Assembly: GCA_963668025.2 (NCBI GenBank)
Contig: CAXXTH010000018.1
Location: forward strand, 352,001 to 416,000
Length of the DNA stretch: 64,000 nt
Source: Candidatus Hydrogenedentota bacterium
Lineage (GTDB): Bacteria > Hydrogenedentota > Hydrogenedentia > Hydrogenedentales > SLHB01
Reading direction: 5' to 3'
In this document: positions 9,399-19,820 of the stretch, in pieces
How positions within the stretch are numbered: position 1 is the stretch's first letter
Layout of the letters: each line of letters opens with the position of its first letter
Translations under genes and position numbers: made by a program
Notes under the pieces: model-generated
The model's database searches: none
Told to the model about the DNA's origin: nothing
What the model saw: only the letters and a program-made list of their open reading frames with translations

Positions 9399-10097
9399 AT
9401 GAGAAACGGAAACAAAAAAATGCTGGCGGCCATTTGCGCTATGCTGTTTGCCTTACAGGGCGTGGCATTCGCAGGCGTCGAGGTATCGGTGACGCTTACG
9501 GGCGATCTGGATGAAATTCTGTCCGTGCTCAATGCGCTGAACGCGCAGCGAGGCGGGAATGCCGTGGGCCAATCCAATGAAAGCATGCGGGTGCAAGTGC
9601 ATAGCATGTCCGTGGGCACAATCGAAGATGGCCCTCGTCCTTCGCCAGTTCCTCCCACGCAGCAGCCACAAATAGCGTTTAGTGGCGCGGAGATAGTCCC
9701 CAGCACGCCTAGCCCCGGCGGCCAGATCATGGTCATGGCGGAGCTGCAAGATCCCCGGCATCAGGTGGATACCGTGTCCGTGCGGCTAAATGTTCCGGGC
9801 GGCTTCGCCTTTGATCTGTTCGATAATGGCGGGTATGGCGATAATCAAGCGGGCGATGGATTATGGAAACGCCAAATCACGCTGCCTGCGGATATCGCTC
9901 CGGGCGATGTAACCGTGGCGTTCACCGCGTTCGACATGAATGGACAGACGGTCAACGTCATAAAACCAGATGGAACCAGCGCACCGTTAAAAGAGACGGC
10001 TACGTTGCGCATTATGGCTCCGCAGGCGGCGGGTAGCGCTTCATCAGTTCCTGAAAACGCGGCTCCTTCCGCAGCAGCGCCAAGTCCGGATCAGTGA
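9399..10097 (+). CDS. Secreted protein with choice-of-anchor X-like domain
   Basis: Signal peptide (AFA), LFDNGGYGDNQAGDGLW motif. Confidence 0.7.
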   Translation: MRNGNKKMLAAICAMLFALQGVAFAGVEVSVTLTGDLDEILSVLNALNAQRGGNAVGQSNESMRVQVHSMSVGTIEDGPRPSPVPPTQQPQIAFSGAEIVPSTPSPGGQIMVMAELQDPRHQVDTVSVRLNVPGGFAFDLFDNGGYGDNQAGDGLWKRQITLPADIAPGDVTVAFTAFDMNGQTVNVIKPDGTSAPLKETATLRIMAPQAAGSASSVPENAAPSAAAPSPDQ

Positions 10098-10872
10098 GCG
10101 CGGATTGCCGGTAGGCTTCACTGTTGGCCAGCGCACGCTCCAGCGGCTCGAATGCATCTTGCGGGCGTTTATCGAGGCATGCCAGGCACGCCAGATTATA
10201 CTGGGGCGCCGGATGCGTGGGATCTAGCGCCGCCGCTTTCTCATATGCCTGGCGCGCTTCCTCGAAGCGTTCCATGGCCACCAATAAGTTGCCATAATTA
10301 TTATAGGCCGCTAAATCGTTTGGCTCGAGCTCGATGGCCCGCTTGGCCTGTTGTTCCGCCTCTTTATAGCGTCCTTGCCTGCGCAACACCACGGCAAGAT
10401 CATTATAAGGGCGGCTCCATCCCGGCTCGAGTTCAATGGCTTTACGAAAAGCGGCGTTGGCCTCTTTCGAGCGCCCCATGCCGTACAAGACAATGCCCAA
10501 TGCGTTCTGCGGCCAGCTCCAATCCGGTTTCAACGCAATCGACTTGCGCAATGCTTTCACGGATTCGCGTAAATGCTTTGCTCCCCACAAGCGCAATCCC
10601 AACGCGAAATAGGTCTCGGCAGAAGCCAGTTTATTCTTTTCCGCCAGAGCAGCCGCACGCGCCACGAGATCGCGGGTTTCGTCTTTTCGCACCTGCGGAT
10701 CAAGGGCTACAGCGTCCAGCATAGCTTGCACGAGGACATCCGGGGGCATGGGAGGAACGGGATCATCGGCATTACGCACGGCTACGACAACCGCCGCTAG
10801 AAAAACAACGGCAGCCGTAAACATCCAAATGATGCGATGATAGCGTAGCACTCCTCCCCACATGAGGCGCAT
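10012..10872 (-). CDS. Membrane-anchored tetratricopeptide repeat protein
   Basis: N-terminal TM and repeated NALG/NDLA/NNYG...A...KAIELEP TPR units; YNLAC C-terminal TPR-end motif. Confidence 0.9.
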   Translation of the reverse strand: MRLMWGGVLRYHRIIWMFTAAVVFLAAVVVAVRNADDPVPPMPPDVLVQAMLDAVALDPQVRKDETRDLVARAAALAEKNKLASAETYFALGLRLWGAKHLRESVKALRKSIALKPDWSWPQNALGIVLYGMGRSKEANAAFRKAIELEPGWSRPYNDLAVVLRRQGRYKEAEQQAKRAIELEPNDLAAYNNYGNLLVAMERFEEARQAYEKAAALDPTHPAPQYNLACLACLDKRPQDAFEPLERALANSEAYRQSALTDPDLALLRKEPRFQELMKRYPPPAEP

Positions 10873-11236
10873 TCTATACCAAACTCATCGCGGGCGGCGA
10901 ATCCAGGCAGAGATGGTTCAGGATTGGATGCAACAATCCGGCGCCTATCGCGCCTTATAGCTCCAAGTCCAGAATAGTTATTGAAACGTAGCATGGCCGT
11001 CCCGGCCATGTACATGGCCGAGACGGCCATGCTACGGCAGCCGTAAACATCCAAATGATGCGATGATAGCGTAGCACTCCTCCCCACATGAGGCGCATTC
11101 TATACCAAACTCATCGCGAGCGGCGAATCCAGGCAGGGATGGTTCAGGATTGGATGCAACAATCCGGCGCCTATCGCGCCTTATAGCTCCAAGTCCAAAA
11201 TAGTTATTGAAACGTAGCATGGCCGTCCCGGCCATG
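10808..11236. repeat. Tandem duplication: two 203-bp copies (10808-11010, 11034-11236), period 226
   Basis: Direct comparison shows identity except 3 substitutions; covers the 5' end and upstream region of the TPR gene. Confidence 0.95.
10987..11036. repeat. GTAG-type REP doublet; collapsed copy at 11213-11241
   Basis: CGTAGCATGGCCGTCCCGGCCATG-TA-CATGGCCGAGACGGCCATGCTACG palindrome. Confidence 0.8.
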
Positions 11237-11291
11237 CTACGGGAGAGGAGAATCCATTTTTGAGCGCCTACAATACAAAAAGTGGCCCAAT

Positions 11292-12974
11292 TCATCCGCG
11301 TTTGCGTTGAAGGATACGCATGATGCCGCGCATCTCGCCTACATCCAGGATATAGCACAACGCTGCATATCCCCCCATGGCTACGCCGAGCGGTATGCCT
11401 GCGCACAAGATGCGCGAGGCCATCATCGCTCCCGTGTCCGCCCATTGGGCCGCGCCCGCCGACTGTAGCCAAGAGGCAAGACGCTCGGATGTGAGATACT
11501 CGAATACGCGCAGGTAGATGGCGTGCGCCACGGCAATCGACATGACTGCCGCCACGGTGATGCGCATAAGCGCGGTGAAAAAGGGCGCATCCCACAGCTT
11601 GCCATACTGGCGCGCCAGCATGCCGTATAACACCGCGAAATTAACCGTATACGAGATTGTCGTAGCAATGGCAAGGCCCTTGTAACCCAGGGGGCGGATG
11701 AGCACAAAATTCAAGACGATATTGAGGAGCATCGCACCCGACGCGATAATAACGGGCGTCTTGGTGTCTTTCATTCCATAAAAACCCGTAACGGCTACTT
11801 TCACGAATGCAAAAGAAAGAAGCCCCACGGCGTATATCGCCATGGCGGTAGCAGTTTTATCGGCCAACTCCGCATTAAAACGCCCCCATTCGAAGAGCAA
11901 GCGAATGATCGGGCGTCCCAGGACAATGAGCCCAAGCGTGGACGGCAGCACCAGAAAATATGTCTGGCGCATGCCTTGCATCATGGACGCGCGGATGGCC
12001 CCCTTTCGGGCTTGAGCTGCCGAGGATGCGACGGCGGGCAGAAGCGCCGCCGCCGTGGCAATGCCAAATACCGACAACGGCAATTGAATAAGCCGGTTGG
12101 CGTAAAAGAAGGCGGTTACGGTGCCTGGCTCGAGCGAATACGCAAACAAGGTGTCTACTAATTTATTGACCTCGCCCGCCGCTTGGCCCAGCGCCACGGG
12201 AACCATGAGCCAGCAGATCTCCCGCACCCCAGGATGCCAGATGCGGAAATTGGGCAGCCAGACGCCAGACACGCGCCCGAGGGCGTAATATTGGACAACT
12301 AATTGGGTGACGCCGCCCAGCCAGACGCCGAATACGAGCACATAGGCGGGGTCGGGAAACACATGAGGAAAATAACGGTAAAACACGAAACAAGACAAAA
12401 TCATGGACACATTGAGCAGCGCGGGCGACCAAGACGGCGTGGCGTAATGGCGCAAGGTGAATAATGGCCCCATGGCGAACACCGTAAGGCCAATGAAGAA
12501 TATGTATGGAAATGTCCAGCGCGTCAGCGATATGGCCAGTTCGAGGTTATCCGCATCAGGCTTGGAGCCGGTCACACCCTCAAGGGCGTTCATAGCGCGG
12601 AGCAATTGGGGCACGAACGCCACGCCCAGCAGCGAAACAACGAGCAGCAACAGCAGCATGGCCGACATGGCCGCTGAAACCAAAACCCGGAATTCCGCCT
12701 CTGAGTTTTCTTCTTTCGTATGGGCAAAGACCGGCACGAACGCGGCGTTCATGGCCCCTTCGCCCAGCAGGTCGCGCAGCATATTGGGCATGCGAAACGC
12801 CACGATAAAGGCGTCGCGTGAGGCGTCAGGCACGGCAATGGCGATCACCGTGTCACGCACCATACCCAATGCCCGGCTGAAAAGCGTGCCGCTGGCGAAA
12901 ATAGCGGTCGCCCGCCCCACACGCGTGTCGGGCGCTCCGCCCGATGCAGGGCCTTCTTTTTTCTTACGAGCCAC
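11292..12974 (-). CDS. murJ: Lipid II flippase MurJ (MviN)
   Basis: SRALGMVRD, AFRMPNMLRDLLGEGAMNAAFVP, YANRLIQLP, DTKTPV. Confidence 0.96.
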   Translation of the reverse strand: MARKKKEGPASGGAPDTRVGRATAIFASGTLFSRALGMVRDTVIAIAVPDASRDAFIVAFRMPNMLRDLLGEGAMNAAFVPVFAHTKEENSEAEFRVLVSAAMSAMLLLLLVVSLLGVAFVPQLLRAMNALEGVTGSKPDADNLELAISLTRWTFPYIFFIGLTVFAMGPLFTLRHYATPSWSPALLNVSMILSCFVFYRYFPHVFPDPAYVLVFGVWLGGVTQLVVQYYALGRVSGVWLPNFRIWHPGVREICWLMVPVALGQAAGEVNKLVDTLFAYSLEPGTVTAFFYANRLIQLPLSVFGIATAAALLPAVASSAAQARKGAIRASMMQGMRQTYFLVLPSTLGLIVLGRPIIRLLFEWGRFNAELADKTATAMAIYAVGLLSFAFVKVAVTGFYGMKDTKTPVIIASGAMLLNIVLNFVLIRPLGYKGLAIATTISYTVNFAVLYGMLARQYGKLWDAPFFTALMRITVAAVMSIAVAHAIYLRVFEYLTSERLASWLQSAGAAQWADTGAMMASRILCAGIPLGVAMGGYAALCYILDVGEMRGIMRILQRKRG

Positions 12975-13051
12975 TCCCTATTCCTTATGACTATATATTG
13001 CAGTAAAGGGGGGCTTGACGCTCCCCCTGTTCGTCCAAGATGAAAAAAACT

Positions 13052-14560
13052 CTACATCTCTAGCTTTTGATATGTTCGCGGACAGACATTGGCCAGCGTA
13101 AAAATCAATACAGCAGCTACCAGCATGGCCCATGGGAACAGGCCCGGCCCCAGCGCAGCACATTGCGGCCCCGGCGCGGGAACCGGAAGCGCGCCCCTGC
13201 ACCGCATATGCGCCGGGCCAATCGAGGTGAAACGCCCCCACGGGTCATAGACACCCGTATAACCTGTGTTCGAAGAATGCACCAGCGGCAGGCGGGTTTC
13301 GACGGCGCGCATACGGCAAATCTCGCGTTCCTGCGGCACAATGCTGCTATCGCCAAACCAGGCCAGATTCGTCATCACAATTAAGAAATCCGCACCGCCG
13401 CCCTGCAAACGCCTCGCCATCGAAGGGAAAAGCATCTCGAAGCAAATCAACGGGCCAAAGCGGCGTCCATGAACCGTGAAGACCTTGTATTCCTTTCCCG
13501 GCTGAATATCCCCCACGGCGGGCACGAGTCCCGCCAGGAATGGCAGGTATTGGGAGAGCGGCATATATTCGCCAAATGGCGCGAGATGGATTTTATCGTA
13601 ATATCCCAGCTCTTCGCTCTCCAATCCATACAGAGAAGCGGAATTGGTCCAATTATCCGCATCCAAATCTTGGCGGGTCGAGCCGGTAAACAGCGGCGTT
13701 TGCGTGCGTTCGGCGAAACCGCGCAATATCGCATCAATGGGCGGCGTATCCGACGGCACAGTGATGAGGGCTTCAGGCCACACGAATAGGTCCACCTGGT
13801 TTTGCCATGCCATCGGCTCCGACCATTGCACCGCCCGCTCGACCATATCCACCGCGTATTCATCATCCCATTTCATTTCTTGGGCGTAATTGGATTGATA
13901 GAGGCCCACCTGAAACGGTTTGGATTCATAATCCGCCGGTTGCAGGAGCAGGAGTCCCACGCCATGCACTCCCAGCAATAGCAACGCAGGCCATCCTATA
14001 TAGGCCAGCCGTCCGTGCGGGTGATGAATGGCTTGGGCAATCAGAAACGCGCTGGTGACAATAATCCCCGAAACAAGCCCCACTCCCCCGAACGACGCCA
14101 TTTGAAGCAGTGGCAAATCCGGGCCAATGGCGTACCCCAACGCGCTCCAGCCAAAACCGGTAAACACGACGGATTGCAAAAACTCCATGGCCACCCACAA
14201 TACGCCCGACGCCAGCGCAAGGGGAATCCAGCAAAGGCGGTCACGCAAACGGCGCCAGATGACGCCAAAGACGCCCCAGTACAAGGCCAGATACGCACAC
14301 AAGACGGCGTATCCCAGAACCGCCACGCCGCCCGCCCAGAAGATATTCGCCATAAGCCATTGAAGGACAATAAGATGAAAAGCAAATCCCGCTAAGAAAA
14401 AACGAATGAAACAGGCCTTGACTCCAAGAGAAAATGCGAAGGCGAACAACAGAATAAGCCCCGCCCATATCAAGGGAAACAGATGCAACGACGGGAAACC
14501 GAACGCGATCAATCCCCCGGCTAACACGGCGCTCCAATACTGCGGATGGGTGAGTTTCAT
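13052..14560 (-). CDS. lnt: Apolipoprotein N-acyltransferase
   Basis: TGFGW, nitrilase triad motifs WPEA / YDKIHLAPFGEY / PLICFE, RAVE, SSNTG. Confidence 0.95.
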   Translation of the reverse strand: MKLTHPQYWSAVLAGGLIAFGFPSLHLFPLIWAGLILLFAFAFSLGVKACFIRFFLAGFAFHLIVLQWLMANIFWAGGVAVLGYAVLCAYLALYWGVFGVIWRRLRDRLCWIPLALASGVLWVAMEFLQSVVFTGFGWSALGYAIGPDLPLLQMASFGGVGLVSGIIVTSAFLIAQAIHHPHGRLAYIGWPALLLLGVHGVGLLLLQPADYESKPFQVGLYQSNYAQEMKWDDEYAVDMVERAVQWSEPMAWQNQVDLFVWPEALITVPSDTPPIDAILRGFAERTQTPLFTGSTRQDLDADNWTNSASLYGLESEELGYYDKIHLAPFGEYMPLSQYLPFLAGLVPAVGDIQPGKEYKVFTVHGRRFGPLICFEMLFPSMARRLQGGGADFLIVMTNLAWFGDSSIVPQEREICRMRAVETRLPLVHSSNTGYTGVYDPWGRFTSIGPAHMRCRGALPVPAPGPQCAALGPGLFPWAMLVAAVLIFTLANVCPRTYQKLEM

Positions 14561-14673
14561 ACGCGCATATGATGCGGCAACTCACCGCAGGAATGCAAAC
14601 ATGCTCATGAATCGAGGCATGCTTGTGCGTGTAACAAATACACGCTTTGACCATTTCAAGGCGCAAAGAACGT

Positions 14674-14841
14674 TCAACGCAGAGGCGCAGAGAACGCAGA
14701 GTGTCGCAGAGAATCCAGTCTCTCCGCAGAATCCACTCTCTCTATTTCCACTGATGCTGTTCATTTTCGACTGCGCGAGAATTTGTTCAGAGCATATTTT
14801 TTCTACTTTTCGGACCTCCTCGTTCTCCGCGCCTTGCGTTA
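14674..14841. repeat. Palindromic MITE/REP-like element (CGCAGAG type)
   Basis: TCAACGCAGAGGCGCAGAGAACGCAGAG...CTCGTTCTCCGCGCCTTGCGTTA; inverted homolog at 21215-21346. Confidence 0.8.
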
Positions 14842-15051
14842 AAAATGATCGCCTATATCGAGCTGAAAAGCTATCAAGTAGGAAACAACCATCACATTTG
14901 GCGGCCTGGGGTGTAGTAAACGTTTGCTAATCGGCCGCGCTTTTGCTATACTCCCTTCGGCATGACAATGGGGGCCAGCCCGTATGATGCTTCTTATCCA
15001 TATATCTCCTGCTATATACTAGGCGCTTTGGATGTACAGGAGGAGCTGAAA

Positions 15052-15981
15052 ATGAGCACAAGACGTTTTCTAATGATTGCCATGTGTGTCCTGCTGGGAG
15101 CAGCCGCATATGCCACGCCCCAGCGCCCAAATGTAAACGTGCCATACCTCGATACCACGGCACATCCCATCTCCATTGATGGAGATGGGGCGGACTGGCC
15201 TGCGGAAACGCTGGAAGAAGGAATCCATTTTTACAAAGGGGATGGGCAAGGAGCAAGCGCCTCCGCGTATGGAACCACGGTTCTGGGAACCATGAGCAAT
15301 CAAAGCGACGGCGAAGCAAATGTTTATCTCACCCACGACGGCACATACCTCTACATCCTGGCGATCATCCAGGATGACGCCCTCGAACAACGCACCAGCG
15401 AAAACAATACGAATGAAGGATGGAAGGAAGACGCCCTTCATTTGTACATCGACAGCACGAACGCCGCCCGGGCGAGCATCCCTAGTCCTCCTATCACGAA
15501 TCAGGAGGGATATGAGCAGTTTGGGGTGAGCACGGATCTGAATTGTTATACCGAGAATTGCGATTTCACCACCAACAATACCTCCGGCGCGGCGGGAGCT
15601 GGGGCGCAGCCCGATCAAACCCATTGGCTGGTGTCGATCCAAGTCGAAGGTACTGGACCGTATACGTATACCTTTGAAGAACGTGTTCCGCTGAATGAAG
15701 TAGAAGGCCACAATCTGCGGACGATGACGCCGGGCCAATCCTACGGATTCAACGCGGAATTTGTGGATAGCGACAACGGCGTGTATGTCCAAGGCTGGAT
15801 GTTCTGGTCAGGCAATGGCTCGAGCGACTGCTGGAACTCGCAGAATGTATGGGGAACCATGACGCTTGCGGAGATCCCCCCCGAGCCCGTCGCTCTCCCA
15901 GTATCCAGCCTTTTCGCCCTGCTGGCATTGGCCATATCGATGGGATGTTTAGTCCGGCGTTACCGCCGCCGTAGTGTATAA
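15052..15981 (+). CDS. Secreted CBM9/DOMON-like sugar-binding protein with C-terminal LPV-TM-basic anchor
   Basis: ISIDGDGADW, YLTHDGTYLYILAIIQDD, WKEDALHLYID, GFNAEFVDSD; ends LPVSSLFALLALAISMGCLVRRYRRR. Confidence 0.75.
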   Translation: MSTRRFLMIAMCVLLGAAAYATPQRPNVNVPYLDTTAHPISIDGDGADWPAETLEEGIHFYKGDGQGASASAYGTTVLGTMSNQSDGEANVYLTHDGTYLYILAIIQDDALEQRTSENNTNEGWKEDALHLYIDSTNAARASIPSPPITNQEGYEQFGVSTDLNCYTENCDFTTNNTSGAAGAGAQPDQTHWLVSIQVEGTGPYTYTFEERVPLNEVEGHNLRTMTPGQSYGFNAEFVDSDNGVYVQGWMFWSGNGSSDCWNSQNVWGTMTLAEIPPEPVALPVSSLFALLALAISMGCLVRRYRRRSV

Positions 15982-16084
15982 ACTGGATTCTTCGCATCCG
16001 CCTGAATCCAGATAGGTTCTTGCGATGCATGCCGCCGCGAAAGACGCGGCGGCATGCGGGCCTCAAATAGGATGGATTCAGCCG

Positions 16085-17563
16085 ATGCCGAATAGTACAC
16101 AATCCGGTAAAGACACTCCGCCTCACGCCAGCGCCGACGAGTTGTCGTCTTCCTTGATGGTCACCCAAGTGCGGGACAGAGTGCCTGTTCATGAGAAAGC
16201 CGCCTGGGCCGCGGGCAATGTCGCGGATACGCTCATGACCACCTCCATCGGACAACTGGCGCTGCCGGTGTACAACATGGCGTTCGGACTCGATCCCCGG
16301 CTGGTGACCACCGCCATGGCTATCCCCCGTTTTCTGGGCGCTTTCCTCGATCCCGTCGTGGGAAATATCTCCGACAACACCCGCACCCGGTGGGGACGCC
16401 GCCGTCCGTATATTTTCTTCGGGGGCATCATGGTCACGACGCTGTATTGGCTTACCTGGTGCCCATCGAGTTCATGGAGCCCCAGCGGCATCTTCACCTA
16501 TTTCATCCTCATGTCGATCCTCTTCTATGCCTTCTATTCCGTGTATCTGATTCCCGATGCCGCGTTGGGTTTCGAGCTTACAGGTGATTACAACGAAAGA
16601 ACCCGCATTCAAGGTTACCGGAGTTTCATGGGCTCGATTGTAGGACTTGGCCTGCCTTACTTTTTCCTATGGTCCAAATCACCCTTGTTTGGCGGGAACA
16701 CGGTAAGCGGCATCCGATGGGTCACGGGGATCGCCGCTATTGTGATGATGCTGGCCATCTTCTCGACCGTATATTTCTGCAAGGAACGCGCGAGCGCCCA
16801 ACAGCAAAACAAGATCGGTTTGATGACCGCCATAAAGATCTCGTTGTGCAACGGACCCTTCATGCTGGTGCTCGCCATCATCATGCTCGTGATTGTGGCC
16901 TGTTTCCTGACAAATCCTATCGAGATCTATGTCATCACGTATCACGTGGCGCACGGCGATGAAAAGGTTGGCGCTCAGATCTACGCCATCACGGGAATGA
17001 TATACGGCGTCTTGGGTATACTCGCGGTGCCACTGGTCACCTGGACGGCCACCCATATCGGCAAGCGCAACACCATGCTGCTGGGCGAAGCGCTGGCGAT
17101 TATCGCGTTTCTCTCGACGCTCGTGTTCTACAATACCCACTCCTGGTGGTGGATCCTGGTGACCAAGGTGATTCAAAATCCCGGCTTATCGACCGTGTGG
17201 ATATTGGGCTTTTCCATGATCGCGGACGTCTGCGATGTAGACGAACTGCGATGCGGCCTTCGCCGGGAGGGCATGTTCGGCGCGATGTACAACACGCTGG
17301 TGACAAAATTTGGCATTGCCGCCATCACATTCGCCAGCGGCTTCTGCCTGGCGTGGACCGGCTACCATTCCGGTGTCACGCCTTCCACACAGGTCGTGAA
17401 CAACCTGCGGCTGCTATATTCAGTAGCGCCCGCCATCATATTGGCCTTGGCGTTCGTACTTACACTGTATTATCCGCTCAGTGAAAAACGCATGCACGAA
17501 GTTCGTGCGGAGTTGGAAGCTCGCAAGCAACAGCAAACGGCATCCGAGCAACAAACTGGATGA
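16085..17563 (+). CDS. MFS glycoside-pentoside-hexuronide (MelB-like) transporter; start uncertain
   Basis: DPVVGNISDNTRTRWGRRRPY, ELTGDYNERTR, SMIADVCDVDEL...RREG. Confidence 0.92.
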   Translation: MPNSTQSGKDTPPHASADELSSSLMVTQVRDRVPVHEKAAWAAGNVADTLMTTSIGQLALPVYNMAFGLDPRLVTTAMAIPRFLGAFLDPVVGNISDNTRTRWGRRRPYIFFGGIMVTTLYWLTWCPSSSWSPSGIFTYFILMSILFYAFYSVYLIPDAALGFELTGDYNERTRIQGYRSFMGSIVGLGLPYFFLWSKSPLFGGNTVSGIRWVTGIAAIVMMLAIFSTVYFCKERASAQQQNKIGLMTAIKISLCNGPFMLVLAIIMLVIVACFLTNPIEIYVITYHVAHGDEKVGAQIYAITGMIYGVLGILAVPLVTWTATHIGKRNTMLLGEALAIIAFLSTLVFYNTHSWWWILVTKVIQNPGLSTVWILGFSMIADVCDVDELRCGLRREGMFGAMYNTLVTKFGIAAITFASGFCLAWTGYHSGVTPSTQVVNNLRLLYSVAPAIILALAFVLTLYYPLSEKRMHEVRAELEARKQQQTASEQQTG

Positions 17564-17618
17564 AGCTCAGGCTAGGTCTTTGCATGACCGGCCATCAACA
17601 ATCCCGTGGAGATAAGCC

Positions 17619-18647
17619 ATGTGGTATCAAGTGAACGCTCCTCTCCGGATCGAGCAAATGTGGTGCAATTTCCTGCCATCCTGGTGGAACCGCAACTACG
17701 GCGTGGCGTTCGGCGAACACATCATATTCGACCCGGATTACCGAACGGAGGTGTCGCTGTTTCTTGCGCGAACCTTGGCGCAACGATTCCCGGAATTGCA
17801 GATAGGCTCGCCCGATCCGAAACCCCAAGTAACGCAGCCCAACCTGGATAATGCCACGACCCCAGCGCTGGCGGGCTGCGAAATCCATTATCCCGCTGAT
17901 AATTATCCTTGGAATATGCACTTGCCGGAAGAGCGCATCGCCGGCCTTCAACTGCCGTCCGATCTCACCCAGGTGTTTCCGTACAACGAGATCATTTCCC
18001 AAGTGAGTTATCTCAACAGGAAGCTCGAGCTTGACGCCACTCCCTGGCTTCCCACACGCGGGGTGTTGAATGACGCTGCGCTGCTACAGGGAACCTCTTT
18101 ATTTTCCGATTTGCTTACGAACCCTCAAAGGGCAAAGCACGTATTGGATTATTCGCATCAACTCCTGATGCGCCTGATGCGGCTCAATAAAGAAGAACTC
18201 GGATATCGCGGCATGGTCATGATCGCCAATTGCACCGCCATCATGATAAGCCCAGAAATGTATAAAGACCTGCTCTTGCCGTATGACCTTCTGATACAGC
18301 AACAGACTGCCGCATACGGGCAAGAGTTCGGGCTTCACCACTGCGGCGTGCTGGATGCTTATACATCCGCATACCGCGCCATCCCGCATATCCATTTTTT
18401 GGAGACCGGCAGCGAATCCAACATCCGGGCCGCGCTCGAGGCATTCCCCGAATCGTCCGTGCAGTACATATTCAGCGCCAAACACATGCTGCATTCCAAA
18501 CCAGCACGGATTCATGACACCATGGAGCAGATCATGGACGCCGCCCGAGGATGCGAGCGGCGCTTCCGGATCTCGGCGCCGGACATCGAGTATGGCACGC
18601 CCGACGAAAACCTGCTGGAGATTTTTGCGTGCTGCCGCCAGTTCTAA
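17619..18647 (+). CDS. URO-D/MtaA-like TIM-barrel protein
   Basis: RGVLNDAALLQG, NCTAIMISPEMY, LHHCG, IEYGTPDENL. Confidence 0.65.
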   Translation: MWYQVNAPLRIEQMWCNFLPSWWNRNYGVAFGEHIIFDPDYRTEVSLFLARTLAQRFPELQIGSPDPKPQVTQPNLDNATTPALAGCEIHYPADNYPWNMHLPEERIAGLQLPSDLTQVFPYNEIISQVSYLNRKLELDATPWLPTRGVLNDAALLQGTSLFSDLLTNPQRAKHVLDYSHQLLMRLMRLNKEELGYRGMVMIANCTAIMISPEMYKDLLLPYDLLIQQQTAAYGQEFGLHHCGVLDAYTSAYRAIPHIHFLETGSESNIRAALEAFPESSVQYIFSAKHMLHSKPARIHDTMEQIMDAARGCERRFRISAPDIEYGTPDENLLEIFACCRQF

Positions 18648-18659
18648 GCATATGGCGAA

Positions 18660-19820
18660 TCAAGGCGCTGGATAAGACGCCTCGACCGATATGTGTTCCG
18701 GATGGGCCTGAAACGGCACATAGTCATTCATTTTGATGTGGACATAGGGACGGCGGTACGCGCATTCCGTGGCGTCTTTTGCATAAGCCGCCCAGCATTC
18801 GAGGGCGGTGGCGTCATACACCACATTCAACAGATTCCCGCCCAGCGAGCCAATCGCCTTGGATAGCTGGATCATGGCGTCCGCATCATACTCACCTTGA
18901 TAGGCATTCATATGGGCATACGCGATTGGATTGCGCCCGCCCGCTTGATACACCATATTCGGAAGGATATTCGGCGCGAGCTCATCCGTGGGATCATTGT
19001 CTTTCCAGATATCCAACTCCGGCGCATACGAGCGGATTTTGACGGCGGCGGGAGCCTGCCCATCGCCAAAAACAAAATAGTACCGCTTAATGCGCTTAGC
19101 GGCCTTCAACTGGCTCTCCGCCTCGTCCAGGCTATGCGCGTCATACAAAATGTCCCGGAACAAGCTCATGAAATGAGCGCCATCCAAATTATATGGATAT
19201 TCGCTTTCGGGTGAATCTCCGATCTCCGAAAGCGATATGCCCTCGGCGTTCATCCCCGTGTTCGCCCCAATGATCCCCGCGAAGGAAATGCTCATATGGG
19301 GAATGCCTTCTTTCGGGATGTAAACCACCACCACGGGGAAATCCTGCAAACGCGCGTCCACCGTATAATCGAGATTGCGGATTTGGTACAGATGGCCATT
19401 CTTCGCCGCTTTACCCCATACGGCGGCGGCGCTGCAAGAAAAGGGGCTTATAACCGGTATCATATGCGCGCGGCGAACGGTGTCAAACGGCAGGCCCGAA
19501 CCTTCCGCCATACCTTTCATTTCCTCGATATACCGGGGCGTCATGTATTTGGAGGCCGAATCCCATGCCTTGTCCAATTCCGCGTCACTGAAGCGTTCAT
19601 CAATGCGTTGCGCCGCTTGCAAATAGGCGGGAACCAAGGCCTGTATTTCCGCACGCATCAGCGCGCCCAGCGCCACGCCCATTTCGTGAGGCTCGCCGGT
19701 GAGCACGGCTACTGGAATCCGGTCATCCCCTTCGCCCACCGAAGTGCGGTATCCATCGGCTCCCGCGAAACGGCACAATACAAACAACGCTAACCACACC
19801 ACGAAATACTTGTTTTTCAT
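18660..19820 (-). CDS. C45-family autoproteolytic Ntn hydrolase, secreted
   Basis: G.PHEMG, EEMKGMAEG, FS|CSAAAVWG, RNLDY, GMNAEG; RBS AGGAGG before ATG 19820. Confidence 0.85.
   Translation of the reverse strand: MKNKYFVVWLALFVLCRFAGADGYRTSVGEGDDRIPVAVLTGEPHEMGVALGALMRAEIQALVPAYLQAAQRIDERFSDAELDKAWDSASKYMTPRYIEEMKGMAEGSGLPFDTVRRAHMIPVISPFSCSAAAVWGKAAKNGHLYQIRNLDYTVDARLQDFPVVVVYIPKEGIPHMSISFAGIIGANTGMNAEGISLSEIGDSPESEYPYNLDGAHFMSLFRDILYDAHSLDEAESQLKAAKRIKRYYFVFGDGQAPAAVKIRSYAPELDIWKDNDPTDELAPNILPNMVYQAGGRNPIAYAHMNAYQGEYDADAMIQLSKAIGSLGGNLLNVVYDATALECWAAYAKDATECAYRRPYVHIKMNDYVPFQAHPEHISVEASYPAP

Noticed and set aside
10808-11241. CRISPR array or integron cassette array
   Set aside because: Only two long near-identical copies, no unique spacers, no cas or integrase gene
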